Origin: Auanema rhodensis
Taxonomy: Eukaryota; Animalia; Nematoda
Direction: 5' to 3'
Length of the DNA stretch: 64,000 nucleotides
Assembly (NCBI GenBank): GCA_964057225.1
Contig: OZ059894.1
Coordinates: forward strand, 9,362,001 to 9,426,000
In this document: in pieces, positions 54,509 through 64,000 of the stretch
Numbering within the stretch: the stretch's first letter is position 1
How the letters are laid out: each line of letters starts with the position of its first letter
Made by a program: the position numbers and the translations under genes
The notes under the pieces: model-generated
What the model was told of the DNA's origin: nothing
Databases searched by the model: none
What the model saw: the letters and a program-made list of their open reading frames with translations, nothing else

Positions 54509-55127
54509 ATATGTAATTTTCTAATCGAAATCAGAATAATTATGAAAATATGTTCATTATTTTGTTGATAAATCTATATATATCCACGAAATAATGACGT
54601 ATATATATATTCTTCTGTTTTAATTCAAAAGATATCTAGTTATTCATATTTTATTTCATTGGAAATAAAGATTATCTCGATTGACTGATGAATCGCAATG
54701 TCGACATTGGCTGAATGAATGAGTGCGGAACACGTGATAGAAGTTTAATGATTCCAAATTGGCTGACCTACTTCAATAAGTTATAAGTCATGAAAAACAA
54801 GACTAGAACTTCAATTATATTATGATAATATAAGATTAATTCAATAAATAAACTTTATGCGATCGAAATATACAAACACTGAGGAATGTTAATAGATTGG
54901 TGGTGGGTCTGAAAGATGTGGTGAGTAAATGTGAGAGAGGGCATGTAGATGAGTGAGATATCTATAAACATCTAATTTTTTTGTTTATTTTTAAATGAAA
55001 AAAAAACTAATTATACATAATATATAATGAAAATAATTTCAGATAACATTGGGAAAGCTCAGTTAGGAATTTTTCAAGAGATATTGGCAACATAGTGTAC
55101 AGATAAAACATTATGAACAATTGAAAC

Positions 55128-56817
55128 TTATGGCTGCCAGGCAAGAGCATATTGGCCATTCTTCTCAATCTTGCAGGTCTTTCCTTCCTGAAAATAAACG
55201 AATATCTTATTCGGCTTCAGTAGATATACACAGCAATAGCTCTAGTGTACTGCTCTAAGAGATTATTCAACACGTTATACACAACGAGCATCAAATTCAG
55301 CAGAATGATGCACGAAAAACAAAAAAACAACAATTCTATTTCTTTACAATTTTATTCAGTTTTTTCTCGCCTTTTTCACTCCCTCATACTGATCCCTTTC
55401 TCTCATTCGTTTTCGCTGCCCTACGCATGGCAGTTCAACTGACAATCTGGACGCATCCAACATTGCTTTTCCCTCGCCATAAATCTTTCGCTTTTAACTA
55501 CAACTTGAAAACTTGCCTTGAAGTGAGATTTGTATGCGAAATCATCAAGGGCAACCACAGTTTCGAACTTTCCTCCAAGCTTTCCTTCAGCTCCTTTTTG
55601 GATGGAATCAGCAGCAGCTAGAAGATCCTAAACATAAATCGAGTGATTGACGTAAATCACACATTTCTCATACCCCTCCGCTCATAGCTCCGAGCATAGC
55701 AGATTCCAATTCCTTGTTACAGCAGGTGAACCCTGAGAAAATATTTGTTAGTTTGATTCATGCAGTTTATAATCTTTTCATCCCCCTGGGCCACAAGATC
55801 GTGTATTCGGTTATTTGAGTAATGTATGTGTGGCAACATGAGGCCTATTGGCAGAGAGCGCGCTGCGGTGCAGTATACGGGAGTTCGAATCCTGCGGTTG
55901 CCCAATGAGATAAACTACTATATGATACCAAGGTCGGTCCGAAGACGGTGAGGTAGGCTCGCAAGGGCTGAGCTGTCGACAACGAACGATACAAATGATA
56001 CAGATTATGAGAGATGAGGGCAGTTTTGTAATTTTTTACCATCCCAAAGCTTAGATGTTCATTGAACTATGCACTTTTCAGATTATGTGCTACCAGCTTA
56101 AATGGAATTTTTTTAGCAAGCTGAATGTCACTTTAGATCAACGAACCTATTTCTATAAGAAATACGGAGATTCTAAGAAATGTGAAATCGAAATCGATTT
56201 TCCCGTTTTCCACAATACCGGATAGTGAGAAATAAGGATAGGGGGATACGCAGGCATGATTAGTAGCGGCAGCAAGAATAGGAGAGAGATCTTGCTAATT
56301 ATTGGGTGAAGTGAGATGGTAACATTACGAGACTAAAAGATAGAATGGTTAAAGAGAGGGTAAGAAGAGGAACGGAGAAAGAGAGGGAGAGTGTAAGAAG
56401 AGAAAACGATTTAAAGCTTGTAAATGAATTCTCAATGTTGTTGATTCTTAATAAGGAATGAAGGAGAAATTAATTTATCGCGCTGATTACCTGAATTAGT
56501 TCAAATTCTTTAGATTATATTAGGAGTATGAACGAAGTTTGAGTGAACTAGCAGTGTTTATGATGAAAACTTGACAAAAAATCAACAGTATTATAAATTG
56601 GGAGAGAAAGATATATGTATAGGATCTATAAAACTTAAATACTAGTTGGCTTTAGAAATGTCAGAATTTGAACGGATACGGGAACAAATCTCAGTTTTTG
56701 GGGGCATTTGAGAAGTTTAACGAGGAAATACTTACCACTGTCATTGATATAACAGTTATCAGCTTGAGCGGAAACGTATCCGATGAAACAGACAAGAACA
56801 GCTACTGACAGCTTCAT
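55128..56817 (-). CDS. Hedgehog-related ground-domain protein (short grd, grd-5/grd-10-like), 103 aa
   Basis: Exons 56817-56736, 55732-55674, 55627-55517, 55187-55128: MKLSVAVLVCFIGYVSAQADNCYINDSGFTCCNKELESAMLGAMSGGDLLAAADSIQKGAEGKLGGKFETVVALDDFAYKSHFKEGKTCKIEKNGQYALAWQP*; TATAAA ~50 nt upstream. Confidence 0.92.
55832..56037 (+). ncRNA. Putative Pol III unit: degenerate tRNA-like leader + K-turn/box C/D-like RNA
   Basis: GGCAAC/GTTGCC stem, A-box-like AGGCCTATTGG, B-box GAGTTCGAATCC; then TGCCC-AAT-GA...ATGA-GGGCA closure, internal CTGA, T4/T6 terminators. Confidence 0.6.
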
Positions 56818-57984
56818 TCTGGAACAAATTGAAAGTAATTTTGAGACGGAAGAGAGGTCGGTATTTATAATGAGAGGGCAGGAGTGAATTGAAAAGCGTA
56901 AAACGAAAAAACAGAGAAATTATGAGGAGAGGCGTGAAAGGTGTGGGGAGAAGGAAAGGTAGCTCGTCATCTAAACATAGAATTCAATCTTTCAGAACTT
57001 GTTACATTAGCCGGCATGCACGAACAGGCATAAAGCCTTCGTTAAAATTAAGAAAAGCGGAAAAAAGACGACCAACGAAATGGGATAAAAAGCTAGAAAT
57101 GAAAGAATACGATATGTATAGGCTTCAATAAAGAGAGAAAGAAAAGGTAGATGATGAGAGCGGCTAGAAATGACAGAAGAAGAGAGAGATAGAGAGGGAG
57201 GCAAGGACGTTAATAGTTCTTCGCTTTAGACTTCTGATTCTGCAGGTTGATTATATGTGCTAACAGCTGATTTGTTAAAAGACTTTGAAAGGAATAAAGA
57301 TAATGAAGAAGTAACATATGAAAATTTGAGATTATATAGTCGAGGAGGATAGGTTTCTAAGTCTATATCGAAGAACTAAACAGCAGCAGCGGCCAAGATT
57401 GTGATAGGCTGCGATAGGAGGATGTTTACTTCGTCCAACTCTTCCACCCTTCTACAGCTTTTTGTCTGGCTATGAATCTTTAGAAAAATGGGCGGAGCTG
57501 CTTGGCAACACACTTTTTTGATGGCCAATGGAAATGTAATTAGCTACAGTCGTGATGAAAGATAAGTTGCGGTGATGTATAATTGCAGATATTAATGAAA
57601 AACAAGGCTTCTCTGAAACTTCCACTATAATACTCACAGAATGAAAAAAGAGGAAATGGCCAGACACGGCGGCAATGGTGAAAAATGCGTAAAACAATAG
57701 TATTAGGAAGTAGAAATGATTCAGAAGTCGGCTACAAGTTGGATTGACCCGCGCGATCGTCCTGGTTGTTATATGAAAAATGAAGAAGGTAAAGTGAATA
57801 GACTACAGATCTGAGAAACTGGTAGTAGTAATCCCCTATACGTCTGCAAGAAATAGATTCAATAACAAGAAGTAGAGGGTAACACCAACGGAATTATTAT
57901 AGTTTGTGAAAATTAGTAAATACATCAATTCCTCTTCGATTTTCGGTAATTATTTCAATAACTATCGAGAATAAGTGAAACACA

Positions 57985-58050
57985 CAACCGTGTCTTGCTT
58001 AAAATGAAGGAGAAATGAAAATGAGAACCTATTGCGTGAATATGCCGTGA
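57985..58050 (-). promoter_or_regulatory. TCATT-N24-CGGTTG motif copy
   Basis: CAACCG 57985-57990, AATGA 58014-58018, GCGTGAA/CCGTGA beyond. Confidence 0.55.
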
Positions 58051-60252
58051 GATTTCTGTTGAAACTGTCACCCACACACACATACACAACAACATCGAAT
58101 GTGGTCAGTTCTTCGGCGATACGCCGATATGATGAAGCTGTTAGTCAAGTTTGAATTCTCTTCAGACTTTCCACAACCTTCTTTTATCTTTAATGGATGC
58201 CCTCTGAGGATCTGAGACTTTCTTTGCGTTTAGTCATAAACTTAAACCTTGAGGATATAACGATTAGAAAGAGATTATGAACCAGTGTAAGGACAGAACA
58301 ATGACGGGAAAGAAACATGAAACAAATCTGAAAACTGACTATTGAAATATGCGTTTAGCAAATCCAGAATTCAACAGCCAACATGGAAAAAAGCTGAAAA
58401 ATAATGAATGTACTGTAGTTTTAGAAAAAATAAGAAATTTATGATCACGAAACAATTCTTAAACGCATTCTACCGGAGAGAAAAACAAGCTTTGATATGT
58501 CATCTTATCGTTCAACTACATCAATTCGAATCCAAAGTAGATCGTCTGTAATGTTCATTCAATATAATTTTAATGTCTAGTTGTGGCTTTATGATTTGCT
58601 CCTTATTATCTCTAGTTAGACTCGTAGAAATTTGTGATTTATATTACCATAAAACTAAAATCATCTAATTAATTGCTGCAGTTCATCTTCCTAATTTTGC
58701 TGCTAGATGTATCAAATCAAAACGAATTAAACACAATGTTTTTTCTTGGCTTTTTCATCAGATTCTGTTGAAGCCCGAAAGTAAGAAAAAACCAATACCG
58801 CTTCTGTTGAAAGGGTAATGCGATGGTGAATTAGACGACCTGCCCTACGGCAAACTAGAAGCAAGGCCTTCATTCGCCTTTTTTTCTGATTCACCTGTCT
58901 CTTGTTAAGAAACATTCTGTTGTGTGTGTGTATCTGTGTGTGGGTATAGACTATCAAGGCAATTTTCTTTGAATTTGTCGGATTTTCAGAGGTGGAACTG
59001 CCTTCAAACTCACTGAAATGCGAAGCATAACATTAGAAAAAGAACGAAGTATAATAGCACTAATACAATAGTTGCAAAACTACACGATCCCCCGGAGATT
59101 GTTGAAAACTGAAGCTCAATCATCAGAATGCAGACATCTTTGATTTTACAAACAATTGCTGTGGTCAGCTTCATAGTTCGTTTTTCCCTTGGGTTATATT
59201 GTGAATATCAACAACAACACGCAATCTTCATAATAGATTTATCTTTTTCGTTTTTTGGAAACATTTACCGTGGATGGGCCACACTAAGACACAAAATAAA
59301 CAAATGCTTATTAGGAAACAAGAGGACGGGGAAAGGAGTATCCATAGTTGAAACTAAGACAACATAACACGATTTAGATTACATTGAAAAGAGATATGAA
59401 TAACTACCCAGTACAAAGTACATATCAAATGAACACAGGTTGCTAAAATTATACAAAGTTTATCATACAAAGCTCGTGATGGATGAGCCACGGGACAACA
59501 ATACGAATTGGTGCGGAGTTCGGAACCAAAGATTTTCTTAATCTCGACAAAGATGAGAGATGCTGGAGTGAGAGGCATAGTTTGGTGACAGAAGAAACAC
59601 AAACAAACAACCCTTACAATCAGCAAGGATATTTCCGAAATCGTGTAAAAGTAGTTGTACACTCTAGCGAGATGCAGGAGATACACTTACCACTATTACT
59701 GGCAATGTTCAGAAATAGGACAATTTAATAGATATTTAAACAATCTTTCTATATATATATATATATTAAATGAATTCGCCTGGTAGAAAAAGTTTTTGTA
59801 AAAAGTAGAGTACAGGCAAGCCATTAGAGATACAGTAGATACAACTAAGTGAAGGTTGTGATTAGAGTGTCCAGACACAGATTTAAAATTAAATAATAGA
59901 GTAAGCCTGACAAAAGTACAATGTTCTCCAGAAAAGTGGAATTATATAACAATTTAACCTACATAGATCACAAAATATTCTTAATGTCGCCGGTACAGTA
60001 TTATCATCAACGTGGCCTTTCCACACAAGATGGGGTTGGGAGGGGAATGAAAGCACTAACTTTGATAAGCTGTATCTAAGAGTTAGTTTTGCGCTGGGAT
60101 GAGAAAAGTGGGCCTTGTATATACGACTATGTTATTGGATTATAAAAGTTACTGCTGACGGCAGTTATTCTTGAAATATCATAACATACTCAGTGGAATT
60201 AATATTCGTTTTACTCATAATTATCTTACTATATTATGACAAATAGATAGGA

Positions 60253-63200
60253 TTACTTAACACGACTTCGCTTCCCAGATTCTTCTTCGAAGGTATCTGA
60301 AGACGGTCTTTTACGCCGTATAACGGTCTCCTCATTGTCATTTGATGTGGATGATACAGAATCTTCTGTTAGGGGCCCAACAGGAGAGGCGGTTTCTTCC
60401 ACATTCTCATCTTAAAAAGCATAGCATAAGCATGAATGTGTCCAAAAAATTGCTTACCTTGCACTGACACCGGACTACCAGTTGATGATGAGGGAACAGA
60501 ATCGGAGGGGGTGGATGGACCTGGATTTTGCCCTTCATCTTCATCAGAATCAGAATCACCATAGTCAACCAGCGACTTAATGGAGTTTACAGGGCTATTT
60601 TCTTTACTGTTATTTTGTGATGAAGTAACTTCATCATCTCTAGAGGGTGAAGGTGCAGGAGAAGTAGAGGGCGAGGGTGTTCGTGAACGATCTCCAACCT
60701 AAGATTTTATAATTAGATTGAAAAATAAGCATAGATCAACTTACTTTAATAATAATTTTCTTATCAATTGGGTGTACAGGAGCTTGTTGGCCAGAAAATA
60801 CCGGACCCTCATCCTCATCAATTGCATTTTTCCTACGTAAAACTGAAGGGAACATGGGTTCAGATCCCGTTTTTCGAGGTGATTCAACGTCTCTTTTAAC
60901 CTAAAGAAAAAACTATTATCAGTCAAAAATAAATATATTGAAATTACCTCAATCTTCTTTTCAGAAGAGAAGTCTTCTTCTTCCTCATCCTCGAACCACC
61001 GCTCTTCCTGACGTTCTCTATTGAATGTTGGTGGGCTCGGCATCCGTTCGTCTTTAGCTGAAGTTCTTCCTCCAGCTTCTCGATCTTTTTGTTGTTCGTA
61101 CTTCAGTTTGAGATCTGTGAATACTCTAACATATGTCACATTCTCGAAAGCAGACATATGATTCTCTACTAGGTATTTAACCAAATTTTTAATATCCTCC
61201 TGAAAATAAAACTGATATTAATTGTACAAAAAGAGAAATAAAGTTACAGTTCGGATATATTCGAAGAGATCCAAAAGAGCAGAGTTAAGTAAATTGTAGC
61301 GGGAACCGTTCCTAACGTAGCAGGCAACAACCTTGTCCAGGACCTTTTCCCTCACTATATATCTATTATAGAAGTCATCTTTTACAGCTAATACTGTTCG
61401 AAGCATCTTCAAAGCGCCTAAAGGCAAATAAATAACAATTTTGAAAAACAGATAGAAAACTTACACAAGGAAAGGAAATGGTGACGACTAGAGAGGAGTA
61501 CTAGAACTTTATTCAAGAGATCATTAGAAATGCAATGCATCCGCATTGAAAAGGAATGATGCTCAATGCAAAAACATAAAAGTTTCACAATGAGAGCTTC
61601 CTTGTTAGCAGTGCAATAGTCATCTAAAGATTTACAAAATTAGTTTAAATTAACCAAAATTGCTAGATTTACCATTTTTTATGGTTCCATTCTTTACATT
61701 TTCTACCATAGGTTTTAATAAGGCGTATATCGACCGCTGATAGAAAACGTTTAAGAAATCAGATCTATCTGATTTATTCATGTTAACCATGTTTTCTGGA
61801 TCTAACAAAGCTCGCAAAATCTGAAAACAAAAAATAAACTTTGTAAAGTATTAGGAACATACATTGGATACGTGAGTAGCCGAAGTTAATTCGGAGTCTG
61901 AATCTGACAACATATGAACAATAAAAAGATTGAATAAGAGATCGTCCTGAACAAAGAAAGTATACAGAATAAAAGTTGAATAGCCCTTACGTTCTCCTTT
62001 CCTTTCGCTTGTTTTAACACAAAGTCCCGGACAACATAAGGATTGCAGTCAACTAATGTCCACATTATCTAAAAAAAACATAGACATTTAAAAATTAATA
62101 GAGAATATAACTTACATCAACCATGTAAGATCTTGTAATTGGGTCAGATGATCTCATACAAGGCTCAACGGTGCTCAAAATATCAGCGTTAAAGAATGCT
62201 TGAATGACATTCTAAACAAGAAACATATAAAAACCTTCAAAATTATTAATAATACCTTTGCAACTGTATCTTTCTGATGAGAAGCAGGCTGACCAGGCTG
62301 CACATGGGTTAAATGCAAAAACTCTCTAAGAAAATGTACACAATCACGCCTTCGGGCTACAGCTGTTTTAGCACATTTAAGTTCATCGAAAAGATCTTTC
62401 ATAAACTTCTTATCTTTCTATAAACAAAGATGATTCAAATATAGATGAAAATGTTTATTTACCTGTAGCGCGGATGATATTTCTACCCGTAAGAAAAACG
62501 CATAACTGTTTAAAGTTCCTGTTAAATTTTCTTCAAATAGAGAAGGAGCGGGTATGCACACTTCTTGAAGATATTGTATCCTGTAGGCTTTATGTATTTT
62601 ATTTCTAAAGTTTTTTAATTAGATAGCCAAAATGTAGTTGATAACTTACTTTACGTCAGGATCTGAAATTTCCAACACTTCTTTGAACTTAGCTTGCTCA
62701 TATAAAAATTCTCGATGCCTCCTAGGCTCATCATAGGTAGGATCGTATTCCAACATACCAATAATTTCTTTCATGTAACGATCATCGAACACGTACTACA
62801 ATATAAAGCATAGTTAAGATATTTAGTGAAATGATTTACCTCCATAAAATTCAGATCCTGCTGACCACTTCTATGCATTAAAATAATATTCTTAGCAATA
62901 GTATACAAACAATGAAGCCCGTCAGTATTTTCCAAATCTTCACACATCTTGAAAACTTCTGCTAACTTAGGCAAAACACTGAAAATCAAAAATAAAAATC
63001 GTAATACCCAAACGTTAATTACCCCTCTGATTCCAATATCTTGCACATTTTATCTCTTAAATTAACTGTTGACATATGATTAGTTATTATATAGTCAATC
63101 TCTCCTAAACGTCCCATTTCGATGGGGGGTAGGGCTACACGGCCTGAAGAGGAACCTTCTGAAAGTTCTCCTTCGTCAAGCTCATCAAACCCTGCATCCT

Positions 63201-63371
63201 AAAAAAGTAATAAAAATTAAATTCATATGTCAGTATCAAACTCACAGCATCACCCGGGTCCCTGCCTTGAACTTCACAAATTTTCGCCCAAATCTCTTCG
63301 CACCCGGATTTTTCTTGGAAACTTAACGCTAGATCACAAGTTTCCGATTCTGACCAAACTATCAAAGTTTC
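60253..63371 (-). CDS. smk-1: SMEK/PP4R3 regulatory subunit, 3' portion (5' exons outside window)
   Basis: [39 protein letters not shown]; FKMCEDLEN; IGMLEYDP; [11 protein letters not shown]; [20 protein letters not shown]; [13 protein letters not shown]. Confidence 0.93.
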
Positions 63372-64000
63372 CTGTAAAACAAAGTTGTATGAGCTAAATT
63401 ACAACAAAAATTAAAAAATATGTAATATATAACACACTCGTTCCAATGAACTCTCTAATACCCCTTCAGTTACGTAAAGTGCAATGTCAGTGCCTGCCAT
63501 GTAACATGTGTAGTAAAAAAAACAGATTCCAAAAATTACTAAAGTGATTAGATATATTAGGGGGATTACTGTTTAAGAAAATTCAGAGAATAAACGAAAA
63601 ATACACAGTAAATAATAGGAAGACCCTTTAATGCAATAAGATAGGACGTGGGCCTGCATCACGAGTTGCATAACAAAACACCGGGTACATAATCGATAAA
63701 GAGCGCACTTCGCACAAAACAAAATGAAGCGAAAAACTCCGAAACCGGATTGAGGCTAAAGAAAAGCAAAAACATTACGATATGAATACGCCTTGAGAAA
63801 TTACCAAATGATAGCGATATCAGAATGATACTTATGCACTAACAACTAGCCCCCCCCCCCATCGCGCATAAGCACACGTGATAAGTTCTCAACAAAATAA
63901 TGTTGACAGTATATCAGCAGAACTACTTAAACCGGAAGTAAAATATGCTTATAGAATAATTAAAAACACAAAAGATTTGCACGAGTAATAGAGATTAAAT

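Noticed and set aside
55832-55904. Functional tRNA gene
   Set aside because: T-stem has two mismatches; D and anticodon arms do not form; treated as a tRNA-like leader
59128-59728. Plus-strand ORFs 59128-59367 and 59483-59728 as a gene
   Set aside because: Could not join them with plausible phase-consistent introns; no recognisable domain

Overview
AT-rich eukaryotic DNA from a rhabditid-type nematode (40-60 nt introns, TTTCAG acceptors, AG/CT microsatellites); the species cannot be named from sequence alone. Manual splicing supports 16 protein-coding genes, in order: symplekin 3' end, a GNB1L-like WD40 protein, peroxidasin, a DMSR-like neuropeptide GPCR, a SWEET transporter, an orphan 7TM receptor, haf-3/ABCB10, a divergent cystatin, legumain, a TWK K2P channel, an Srh-like chemoreceptor, a CPEB (cpb-2/fog-1 group), che-14/Dispatched, an orphan secreted protein, a ground-domain grd gene and the smk-1 3' part. 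The cystatin and the orphan secreted gene are absent from the ORF track, as is most of grd. Non-coding highlights: (1) a dispersed fixed-spacing motif TCATT-N24-CGGTTG with flanking ACGT boxes recurring every few kb regardless of gene orientation; (2) three tandem box C/D snoRNAs (LSU Am807-equivalent guide), each with its own PSE-like+TATA promoter, antisense in a peroxidasin intron; (3) a tRNA-like Pol III leader fused to a K-turn RNA in a grd intron; (4) fog-1-like regulatory logic around the CPEB gene (three TRA-1/GLI-like sites at 19-bp period, a CDE-CHR motif, three FBF elements). All family assignments are from recalled motifs, not database searches.
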